Origin: Megasphaera elsdenii DSM 20460
Lineage (GTDB): Bacteria > Bacillota > Negativicutes > Veillonellales > Megasphaeraceae
NCBI RefSeq assembly: GCF_003010495.1
Contig: NZ_CP027570.1
Coordinates: forward strand, 60,001-92,000
Direction: 5' to 3'
Length of the DNA: 32,000 nucleotides
The notes below the pieces were generated by a model. The model was not told the DNA's origin. It saw only the letters and a list, made by a program, of their open reading frames with translations, and searched no databases. Shown here piece after piece: positions 24,744-32,000 of this stretch. The stretch's first letter is position 1, and every line of letters begins with the position of its first letter. The position numbers and the translations under genes were made by a program.

Positions 24744-24942
24744 TTTTCCCGCCTCCTCTGCCATTATAACACAATCGAGAGTCCTGCATACATCTTGCAA
24801 CCAGAATCAGCCTTCTTTCCTGAGAATAGCTCTTTATTTCCATTTTATTATAGCTTCTCCCTGCCGAAAAAGATAGCATCCCGCCACAGCTGTGACAGAA
24901 CTGTGCCAGCCCGGCCATATTCGGCGGCTATATCTTCTTGGA

Positions 24943-24970
24943 TTGACAAGCGCTGTTTTTGTTCTATACT
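24943..24970 (+). promoter_or_regulatory. Sigma-A type promoter for the permease gene
   Basis: TTGACA (24943-24948), a 16-nt spacer and TATACT (24965-24970). Confidence 0.6.
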
Positions 24971-24995
24971 AATAGACAGAGTGTAATCGCAAAAC

Positions 24996-25049
24996 GACCG
25001 CACGAAGGGGTACACCACCTTGGGTGTAAACTTTCGTGCGGTCTTTTTT
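24996..25049 (+). terminator. Intrinsic terminator hairpin inside the permease 5' leader (attenuator candidate)
   Basis: The stem is GACCGCACGAAGG ... CTTTCGTGCGGTC, extended by the inner pairing TACACC/GGTGTA. It is followed by TTTTTT and then the AGGAGG RBS at 25054-25059. Confidence 0.6.
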
Positions 25050-25066
25050 GTCAGGAGGTCTTAATC

Positions 25067-26437
25067 GTGAAAGAAGCATCACAAATGCAGCGCGGCCTGA
25101 AAAACCGTCATCTCCAGATGATTGCCCTGGGCGGCGCTATTGGTACCGGGCTGTTTTACGGGTCGGCGTCGACCATTTCCCTGGGCGGGCCGTCAGTCAT
25201 CGCAGCCTATTTCATCTGTGGCATCGTCATTTTCCTCATCATGCGCATGTTAGGGGAAATGGCCGTCGAAGAACCGGTGTCCGGCTCCTTCAGCTATTAT
25301 GCCGACAAATATTGGGGCCCCTTCCCGGGGTTCATGCTGGGATGGAATTACTGGTTCTCTTACGTCATTATCAGCATGGCTGAATTGACAGCCGTCGGCA
25401 TCTACGTCCATTACTGGCTGCCGGACCTGCCGCAATGGGTAACGGCCCTGGTCTGCCTCATAGCCATCACCTGTCTCAACCTGGTCAATGTCCGGGCCTA
25501 CGGCGAAACGGAGTTCTGGATGTCCTTCATCAAGGTGGCGGCTATCCTGGGCATGATTGCCCTCGGCGCCTGGCTCATCTTGCAGGACAGCCGGCCGTTC
25601 CCGCAGAATTTCAGCAACCTCTGGGCCTACGACGGCATCCTGCCCAAGGGCATCTGGGGCTTCTGCCTGGCCATGGTGACAGTCATCTTTTCCTTCGGCG
25701 GCGTCGAACTCATCGGCATCACGGCAGGCGAAGCGGAAAATCCCGAACGGTCCCTGCCCAAGGCCATCAACCAGATTATCTGGCGTATCCTCGTCTTTTA
25801 CATCGGCACGATGGTCGTCATCATGACTTTGTGGCCGTGGAACCAGATTGGCACCCAGAACAGTCCTTTCGTCCAGATTTTCACCAACGTCGGCTTCCCG
25901 GCAGCGGCCAATCTCCTCAACTTCGTCGTCCTGGCTGCGGCCATTTCCGTCTATAACTCGGCCATTTACGGCAATTCCCGCATCGCCTTCGGCCTGGCAG
26001 AAGAAGGCAACGCGCCGCAATGGTTCAAGAAGCTGTCGTCCCGGGGCGTACCGGTCCACACGCTCTGCCTCTGCTCGGGCCTGACCTTGTTCGTCGTCGC
26101 CGTGACCTATTTCTTCCCGGGAAAAATCTTTATGTATTTCCTGTCCCTCACGGTCGGCGCGACCATCGTCAACTGGATCACCATCATCGTGACGCACTTA
26201 AAATTCAAGGCCTACTGCCGGAAGGCGGGCAAGACGACGAAATTCCCGTCCCTCTGGTACCCGGCAGCGGACTATTTCTGCCTGGCCTTCCTCTGCTTTA
26301 TCGTCCTCATGATGACCCAGATGCCGGACATGCTCACAGCCGTCCTCATCATGCCCGTCTGGCTGGCTATCCTCTGGTGTTGCTGGCGCCGCCTGACCCC
26401 TGCGCCAATGATGACACACACCATGCAAAAGCCTTAG
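25067..26437 (+). CDS. Amino acid permease, APC superfamily AAT family (ProY/AroP-like)
   Basis: MQRGLKNRHLQMIALGGAIGTGLFYGSASTISLGGPSVIAAYFICGIVIFLIMRMLGEMAVEEPVSGSFSYYA is a canonical AAT-family N-terminus, and the protein has 12 predicted TM helices. The start is GTG 25067, 8 nt after AGGAGG. The ORF-track extension to 24959 covers the promoter and leader. Confidence 0.88.
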   Translation: MKEASQMQRGLKNRHLQMIALGGAIGTGLFYGSASTISLGGPSVIAAYFICGIVIFLIMRMLGEMAVEEPVSGSFSYYADKYWGPFPGFMLGWNYWFSYVIISMAELTAVGIYVHYWLPDLPQWVTALVCLIAITCLNLVNVRAYGETEFWMSFIKVAAILGMIALGAWLILQDSRPFPQNFSNLWAYDGILPKGIWGFCLAMVTVIFSFGGVELIGITAGEAENPERSLPKAINQIIWRILVFYIGTMVVIMTLWPWNQIGTQNSPFVQIFTNVGFPAAANLLNFVVLAAAISVYNSAIYGNSRIAFGLAEEGNAPQWFKKLSSRGVPVHTLCLCSGLTLFVVAVTYFFPGKIFMYFLSLTVGATIVNWITIIVTHLKFKAYCRKAGKTTKFPSLWYPAADYFCLAFLCFIVLMMTQMPDMLTAVLIMPVWLAILWCCWRRLTPAPMMTHTMQKP

Positions 26438-26574
26438 CACAACGCTGCCCAGTCTGTTGAAAATGGTTGCCCTTATTCCATAAATCTCCTTTTCATCCGT
26501 ATAATATTTTTACTATAAAGGGGCTGTGCATGATAGCCTATGCTTTCACGCAACAGCCCCTTCTCTATTGGCTA

Positions 26575-26800
26575 AACATACTTAAAGTGAACGTACCCTC
26601 GCCTACAGAGGCGGGGGCTTCCTGCTTCAGCGAGAACAGCACCACTGACTCTGAAGAGTTATGGCGACTTACACTCTCTCCACAGGCGTAAGTTTCCGTG
26701 CGACCCACGGTACTCTATGCGTTACATTAGGCGGCGGATATGCGCCTAGCTTCCTCTCTAATATTTATAGCAGCGTTCTTATCTCTGTCATGATGACTGC
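26575..26800 (-). ncRNA. Predicted omega RNA of the second TnpB (tnpB 3' end through the right-end hairpin plus flanking guide)
   Basis: This is by analogy with characterised TnpB systems. About 110 nt of structured non-coding sequence lies between the tnpB stop (26727) and the right-end hairpin. The boundaries are not determined. Confidence 0.35.
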
Positions 26801-27839
26801 CACATTTCGGGCAATCCCATTCTCGTATAGACAAATCTTTCGTTTCATTGTTCTGGTAACCGCAAACATGGCATAGCTGACTACTAGGATACCATTTGTC
26901 TATCTTGATAAACTGTTTACCTTGCCAAGCCAGCTTATATTCCAACATGTTTGTGAACATATTCCAGCCATTGTCGGCTACAGATTTACCAAAACTGAAC
27001 TTACCACCTTTCTTGTGCTTCGCCATAGCTTTGACGCTGATATCCTCAATACCTATGGCATCATAGTGGTCTACCAAGTAGCGGGCTTTTTTGTGCAGGA
27101 AATCGCGGCGTTGATTGGCAATTTTTTCGTGGAGTTTAGCTACCCGTAACCTTTGTTTATCTCGGTTATGACTTCCGTTTTGCCGCTTAGAAAGTTTTCT
27201 TTGTGCCTTGGCTAATCTTTTCTCGGCTTTCCTCAAGAAATGGGGATAGTCCGCATCCTCTTCATCGGAAGCCACATATAGTCCGTGCATGGCAAAATCA
27301 AGTCCAAGAAATTTCTTCGGCATTATAGGGAGTATTTGGTTTTCGTACTCCACCAAAATACTGATGTAATATTTTCCTGATGATGTTTTGCTTATGGTTA
27401 CAGTCTTTATCGTGCTGTTTTCCATCAATGGACGATGCAGGCACAATTTCACCAAACCTATTTTTGGCAGCCTGACCTTGTTCCCCTCGATTCTTACAGA
27501 ACCGTGTTGGTTGTTCGTAGAATACGAAGCATGACCTGTCTTTTTCGATTTGAAGCGTGGCTTGCCAAAATGCTTTCGATTTCTAAAAAAGTTATTGTAT
27601 GCTTTGTTCAGGTTCATCTGTGCATTGGCAAGAGCAAGGCTGTCGACTTCTTTCAGCCAAGGGAATTCTTCCTTGTACTGTGCAGGAGTATTATTCAGTT
27701 TCTTACCGGTTTCCTTATAGTAATCAAGGCGGTCTCCAAGCATCTTGTTATAGATGAATCGGACACAGCCGAAAGTCTTGGCAAACATAATTTTTTGTTC
27801 AGTTGTTGGATAGAGCCTGTATCGGTATGCCTTATTCAC
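26727..27839 (-). CDS. tnpB: IS200/IS605-family RNA-guided endonuclease TnpB, apparently intact
   Basis: The N-terminus is NKAYRYRLYPTTEQKIMFAKTFGCVRFIYN. RuvC motifs are LGLDFA, IGIEDI and DRDKNAAINI. The zinc finger is CHVCG...CPKCG. The start is GTG 27839 after the RBS AGGCAGGTGA. The ORF-track extension to 27938 reads through tnpA remnant sequence. Confidence 0.9.
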   Translation of the reverse strand: MNKAYRYRLYPTTEQKIMFAKTFGCVRFIYNKMLGDRLDYYKETGKKLNNTPAQYKEEFPWLKEVDSLALANAQMNLNKAYNNFFRNRKHFGKPRFKSKKTGHASYSTNNQHGSVRIEGNKVRLPKIGLVKLCLHRPLMENSTIKTVTISKTSSGKYYISILVEYENQILPIMPKKFLGLDFAMHGLYVASDEEDADYPHFLRKAEKRLAKAQRKLSKRQNGSHNRDKQRLRVAKLHEKIANQRRDFLHKKARYLVDHYDAIGIEDISVKAMAKHKKGGKFSFGKSVADNGWNMFTNMLEYKLAWQGKQFIKIDKWYPSSQLCHVCGYQNNETKDLSIREWDCPKCGSHHDRDKNAAINIREEARRISAA

Positions 27840-27844
27840 TATAA

Positions 27845-28094
27845 TCACCTGCCTTGATTTTCTATGTATTTTCGTATTATGGGAGCGCCGCCTGTTGTCA
27901 GCAGGCAATAGCTTTTTGACCAAAACATTTCCTTTCAAAGCTTACATCTGACTTCCGGAAAATCTTTTTTCTATGTGGACAAATATACCTTTTGCATATT
28001 GGCTCATCTGATCAGAAAACACTTTGCGGCGGTATTTTACCACTAGAACCAGCTGGTAATAGAATAAGAATACTGAATAGTTATTACTATCCAA
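27845..28094 (-). pseudogene. tnpA: IS200/IS605 Y1 transposase TnpA remnant with an internal deletion and frameshift
   Basis: Hand translation gives an N-terminal piece, (L)DSNNYSVFLFYYQLVLVVKYRRKVFSDQMSQYAKGIFVHIEKRF, ending at a stop. A different frame gives a C-terminal piece, FWSKSYCLLTTGGAPIIRKYIENQGR*. The HUH-containing middle part is missing. Confidence 0.75.
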
Positions 28095-28239
28095 TTTCTT
28101 AGTATAATCAATTCTTTCTCATCTACGACTGATTATACTACAGAACTATCTACAGAGCAATGGTATGGCTCAATTACTTACGTAAATTCGCCATACCCGC
28201 CTTCATCCCCCACCTAAGAGGTGGAGGACTTCTGGCGGA

Positions 28240-29223
28240 TTAGGTTAATTTATTTTGCTTGGCAATGTCAGCAATAGCTTCTAAGGATAACTTAGTATAC
28301 TGAGCAATCTTTTCAAAAGGTACGCCATCTTTCAGCATTTCCAGTACGTCGTCTTGTTTTCCTAAATCCCAACCACGTTTTTCTCCTACTTCTTCCCCCA
28401 GTTTACGTCCGCGTTTTTCTCCTCGCCGTTCCCCGCGCCGTTCAATACCTTCGCTCAAGTTACACATTGTCGCCACTCCTTTCTCTAAGTGCGGTGTCAT
28501 TGTTACGTTAAATTCTTTCGCCAATACTTTCTGCTTTTCTTGAGGACTGATGTTATCCAAGAGCAGCATGTTTAGCAACCGCAAAATACCTTTTAACTGC
28601 CTATGGCTTTTGCTTCCCAGACAGACCAAGACGATACTGATCAAATCGTAATGACTCCGCTCGGCCTGGGTATGCCCGATTAGATGTTTCTCAGTCAGTT
28701 GGTAACGTGAAATATGGTACTCCCATTTTTTCGTTGGCATCGTGCAGATCCAGATGGAATAGACCTTCTGAATTTTTTCATAATGGGATTTTACGAAAAC
28801 CGTGCCATACTGACTGGAAATCATGCGACCGCAATAGTAGACGGCCCGCTTTAGCAGCGGATAGCCCGGGTTAAAATCGTTCTGCGCTTCCAGATTAATG
28901 ATGAGTTGAATCATTTTCCCATCCACGGGAGCTACGGCATGGAACCGGATGTCGTAATACACCGTTCCTTCCGCTCCAGATTTGTCTTCCGTCTGCTCAC
29001 TTTCGATGCGTGGTGAAATGGTTTCCGGTTCCACGGCAATGCGGCTGATACTCGGTTCGCCCTGGATATAGCGCCACGCAATATCCAGCAAACTACAATC
29101 CTTAAATTCTTCCGTGCAGGACTTGAGGATATGGGCCATGATTTCCCGTTCCGAAAGGACCCGCTTGCACGCCTCGTCATACGCTTTCTTTTGCGCTTTG
29201 GCCTGTTGTGCCGAATCGGACAT
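28240..29223 (-). CDS. Rpn-family recombination-promoting nuclease / putative transposase (PD-(D/E)XK, YhgA-like)
   Basis: The core is GTVYYDIRFHAVAPVDGKMIQLIINLEAQNDFNPGYPLLKRAVYYCGRMISSQY. The C-terminal arginine/glutamate repeats (ERRGERRGEKRGRKLGEEVGEKRG) and the tail LEMLKDGVPFEKIAQYTKLSLEAIADIAK are typical of this family. Confidence 0.75.
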   Translation of the reverse strand: MSDSAQQAKAQKKAYDEACKRVLSEREIMAHILKSCTEEFKDCSLLDIAWRYIQGEPSISRIAVEPETISPRIESEQTEDKSGAEGTVYYDIRFHAVAPVDGKMIQLIINLEAQNDFNPGYPLLKRAVYYCGRMISSQYGTVFVKSHYEKIQKVYSIWICTMPTKKWEYHISRYQLTEKHLIGHTQAERSHYDLISIVLVCLGSKSHRQLKGILRLLNMLLLDNISPQEKQKVLAKEFNVTMTPHLEKGVATMCNLSEGIERRGERRGEKRGRKLGEEVGEKRGWDLGKQDDVLEMLKDGVPFEKIAQYTKLSLEAIADIAKQNKLT

Positions 29224-29343
29224 GATGTCACACCTCCAGATTCACTTTTATTGTATAATAATCATTTCCGCTCCGCAATAGAACGGCTTCTGATTCTATC
29301 ATACACTACCAAACAGGGCCCGCCAGAAATTCTAATCGTCCTT

Positions 29344-29364
29344 TAATCGAATTCCCGAATATTT
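29344..29364 (-). promoter_or_regulatory. Second copy of the 21-mer TAATCGTCCTTTAATCGAATT, upstream of the Rpn gene
   Basis: It is identical to 19235-19255 and lies 121 nt upstream of the Rpn ATG. A candidate -10 (TATGAT/TAGAAT) lies about 30 nt downstream on the minus strand. Confidence 0.4.
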
Positions 29365-29379
29365 AAGGAACCGTTAATG

Positions 29380-29700
29380 TAGATTAGTGCCTATCGGCCG
29401 GGCGAAAAGTCGTTCATCGAATTTTAGAGTTGAGGGCCCCGCAGGCCGCATTCGTAGGGGACGGCCAAAGGGCGTCCAGCCACGGCTGTCCGTTTTGGCA
29501 GCCGTCCTGCACCTCCCGCTGTTCGGCACCTGACGGGCCAAAAAGGCCGCGTGAATCCTGGGCATAGCCGGAATTTATGACGAGTGGTACACGGTCGTAA
29601 TACAAAAATAAAAAACGGGCTTGTCGCACGACGACAAGCCCGTTAAAGTTGTTAGTGGCTAGCAGTTAGTTGTTGGCGGATGGCTTTAAGCGACAGCGCC
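29380..29700. repeat. Composite intergenic repeat block: GC-rich hairpin units and the second copy of the 71-nt module (29617-29687)
   Basis: TCGTAGGGGACGGCCAAAGGGCGTCC lies at 29452-29477. The hairpin ACGGCTG-N10-CAGCCGT lies at about 29482-29506. A GGATTCACGCGGCC unit on the minus strand lies at about 29528-29572. The 71-nt module matches the reverse complement of 5468-5538 at 69/71 positions. Confidence 0.8.
29605..29641 (-). terminator. Rho-independent terminator for the adhesin/relB transcription unit (part of the 71-nt module)
   Basis: The minus strand reads GGGCTTGTCG-TCGTG-CGACAAGCCC followed by GTTTTTTATTTTTG. Confidence 0.75.
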
Positions 29701-29709
29701 GTTTTTACT

Positions 29710-29889
29710 TTACGCTTTCTTTATATTGCTTCTAGCCGTAATCTCGAAGGGGATCCGTTGTTCCCCGACGGATTTCTTGATGAAAATGTTGATTGCCGTC
29801 GACATGCTCATGCCGATGGAGTCACAAAATTTCTCAAAGTCTTTTTTCAGATCCGCGTCGACGCGAATACAAATCGTTGTCTGTGCCAT
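29710..29889 (-). CDS. RelB/DinJ-family type II antitoxin (59 aa; below the ORF-track size cutoff)
   Basis: The hand translation is MAQTTICIRVDADLKKDFEKFCDSIGMSMSTAINIFIKKSVGEQRIPFEITARSNIKKA*. The pattern IRVDxxLKxxFexxcxxiGmsxSxAinxFikksvxexriPFe matches the ribbon-helix-helix RelB/DinJ N-terminal domain. The RBS is AGAGGGG, and the ATG lies 10 nt after the adhesin stop. Confidence 0.8.
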   Translation of the reverse strand: MAQTTICIRVDADLKKDFEKFCDSIGMSMSTAINIFIKKSVGEQRIPFEITARSNIKKA

Positions 29890-29898
29890 GATACCCCT

Positions 29899-32000
29899 CT
29901 ATTTCTTGCCGACGTACTGACGGATCATTTCTCCCTGTTCCTTGACCAGAGCTTCCAGTTCGGCAATCTTCTTATCCTGCTGATCCACCGTATTTTCCAG
30001 GCTTTCAATCTTCTTAGCCATGGCCGTCTTCGACGTCGTGATGCCGCTGCCACCTTGACCAATCTTGAAGCTCAAGCCGGCGTTAAACATATTTTCCCCG
30101 TTGCCGAAATTCGTACCCAGACTGAACATGGTATCTTCATTGGGACGATAGAAGGCACCCAAAGCGACACTGTTGGCATTGCGGTAATTGCCGTAACCAA
30201 CGGCGAAATCCCACTTATCATTAGGGTCGAAGTCCAATGGATGAAGCGCTGCCAAAGCAGCCGCACCAGCACCGACCTTGTTGACGCGGTTATCGAGGTC
30301 AGAAACGCGGTTGTTGATGTGGTAAATGGATTCCGTGTTGGCAGCGACCTGATGATCCAAAGCCGTTATGTTTTGGCCAGCTGTGTTAGCCTGTCTGATG
30401 AAGATTCCGTCCTTTTCGACTCTCGTTTCCTTGTAGACGGTCCCGGCATTGACGGCGTTCTTAGAGCCTTCCTCAATCGTGGTGTTGGCTACATTCTAGA
30501 TGGTCGTGTCTTCCCGCAGCGTAACGGTCTTGCTGTCGTCACCGTCATAGTTGACGGCGTTCTTGGTCGCAGCTTGCAACTGGTCTTCCGTAGCAGCCTG
30601 ACCGGACGTAATGTTCTTGGCGTCCCAGGTCTTGTTAGTCAATCCACCAATCGTGCCTTTGTCATCCTTGTTGATGGTGACCTTGCCAATGGCAGCGGAA
30701 CCTGTCACTTCGAGGTCTTTTGTTGTAATCTTATTAGCTGCTGTAACTGAATCGACATTCAGATCTTTATTCAGGGAAATCTGATAATTCGCTGCTTCTC
30801 CCTCTTTGGCAATATTTTCAACAGAAAGATTAGCATCTTCCGTTGATACAATAGTATGCTTGCCTGCAGCTTCTGACGCATATTTAATGGCTTCGTCAAG
30901 TTTTCCAATGGAAGTCGTGACGTCTTCACCTTTTTTAACGTACTTCGTGCTGCTGTAGTCAAGATTCCCCACTTTGTTATCTACATGATTGACAGCATCT
31001 ACTACGGTCGTTTTACCTTCAGCATTTTTAATATCTGCATTCAAATCCGTTACATTGCCTACATCACTGGCTTTGGCTACATCCGTAATCCGGACGGTAC
31101 CAACTTTTCCCGTCTTATCTACAACGTCTATCGATACGCCCTGCACTGACTGGCCATCCTTGTCTGTAATAGTACCAACGGCATAATCTCCAGCCGTGAT
31201 ATGTGTATCATTGGCATCGGCTGTGGCCTGTGTCATCGCTTCGTGGAGCTGAGCTTCCGTAGCAGCCTTTGTAGACTGAGAATAATCTTTCGTTTTATCC
31301 CAGGTCGTATTAGACAAACCTGTAATCACATTATGCTGACCGTCTACAGTCACATTACCAGAAGTAACAGTTGTGGCTTGCAGACTGTTGAGACCTGTAA
31401 TGTCTTTTGCAAGACGAATATTCAAGGTATCATCATCTTTTCTTACAACACCAATGTTAGCAGCGTCAACAGTTTCGGTCGCTCCTCCGACAATATTAAG
31501 TTGCTCATTCAACTTTCTCGATATGACTTTGCTATTATCTGACTTTCCGTCATCACCAGCAAATGTTAAACCATCCGTACTTTTAGCCAATCCGTCCGTA
31601 TTTAAGCCAATCGTATATTCGATACCCTTTCCTTTGTTAACGCCTGTGTTATCTACTGTAATACGACTGTTTGCAGCCGCTTTGACAGTCGCATGCTTGG
31701 CAGCCTCTATAGCTACGGCATAAAGTTCGCTCCCATTGACGGCATCCGTACTCGTAGGCGTAACACGTCCGGCGGCTACGTTCGTAATAGTCCGTACCAC
31801 TTTATCATTACCTACACTAACGATTCCGCTTGGCCACCCGCCGCTTACACTATAGTTGCTGTTAAGATTCGGAATCGTAAGAGACATGACATTGTAATCA
31901 TTCAAGTTTCCCGAAGCTTCCGAACCTTGGCCCAGGGCAACGGAATTTTCTACTGAAACCTTTGCATCTTTCCCAATGGCAACAGATTTTGCACCGGAAA
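29899..32000 (-). pseudogene. Trimeric autotransporter adhesin (YadA/Hia-like); 5' end outside the window; interrupted by one in-frame TAG at 30496-30498
   Basis: The YadA membrane anchor is AGAAALAALHPLDFDPNDKWDFAVGYGNYRNANSVALGAFYRPNEDTMFSLGTNFGNGENMFNAGLSFKIG. A coiled-coil tail follows (KKIESLENTVDQQDKKIAELEALVKEQ). Upstream stalk and head repeats are present (SVAIGKDAKVSVENSVALGQGSEASG). ORFs 30496-31905 and 29899-30360 are in the same frame, and the frame stays open to position 32000. Confidence 0.8.

Larger units (their letters stand above)
26585..28238 (-). mobile_element. IS200/IS605-family element (IS605-type organisation: tnpA remnant + tnpB); ends approximate
   Basis: The subterminal hairpins are CCCTCGCCT-ACAG-AGGCGGGGG (26596-26617, right end) and CCCCCACCT-AAG-AGGTGGAGG (28206-28226, left end). 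The left end lies about 12 nt after the Rpn gene stop. Confidence 0.65.

Noticed and set aside
24971-25066. T-box or known riboswitch upstream of the permease
   Set aside because: The leader is only about 90 nt. It lacks a specifier-loop/T-box sequence and the conserved cores of the lysine, glycine and SAM riboswitches. Only a terminator hairpin is evident.
29374-29629. 63-aa and 71-aa minus-strand ORFs as the missing toxin of the relB-like gene
   Set aside because: They lie within the GC-rich repeat units, show no RelE/YafQ/ParE-like sequence, have no RBS, and are separated from relB by a terminator.
5468-29687. 71-nt inverted repeats as boundaries of an invertible 24-kb segment
   Set aside because: The repeats are short and the flanks are unrelated. 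The interval holds essential, co-oriented genes (polC, holA), and no recombinase gene is adjacent. They are more simply copies of a dispersed module.
29680-30750. 356-aa plus-strand ORF
   Set aside because: It is antisense to the adhesin anchor and the relB-like gene, both of which have clear family signatures on the minus strand.

Overview
Moderately GC-rich bacterial chromosome window. It is probably from a diderm Firmicute (Negativicutes, Megasphaera/Veillonellaceae-like). That is an inference from Gram-positive-type genes (PolC, HrcA/CIRCE, ComEA/ComEC/HolA) sitting next to a YadA-type trimeric autotransporter with a post-anchor coiled-coil tail. Most genes are on the minus strand: grpE(partial)-hrcA, a secreted alpha/beta hydrolase, the butyrate-pathway genes crt and hbd, an FGGY sugar kinase, an orphan 188-aa protein, yerC-like, polC, a VanW-family protein, holA, comEC, comEA and trkH. 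A mixed-strand block follows: M18 aminopeptidase, XRE regulator, yigZ, a 2-hydroxyacid dehydrogenase with a small upstream protein, and an amino-acid permease. The right end is an accessory region with an Rpn-type nuclease, a hidden RelB/DinJ antitoxin and an adhesin. Main second-look items: (1) Two IS200/IS605-family TnpB (OMEGA-type RNA-guided nuclease) elements are present. One lies about 24 nt upstream of the polC start codon, so its predicted guide segment is the polC ribosome-binding region. The other carries an internally deleted tnpA. (2) The PolC cleanly lacks the 3'-5' exonuclease domain normally inserted in its PHP domain. (3) The adhesin gene is interrupted by one in-frame TAG. (4) A 59-aa RelB/DinJ antitoxin, below the ORF-track cutoff, has no toxin partner. 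(5) A mosaic family of intergenic repeats occupies at least seven intergenic sites. It comprises GC-rich hairpin units with compensatory stem changes, tandem heptamer arrays and a 71-nt module present as a 69/71-identical inverted pair. (6) An identical 21-mer lies upstream of both comEA and the Rpn nuclease gene. The long ORFs antisense to recognised genes are treated as shadow ORFs.
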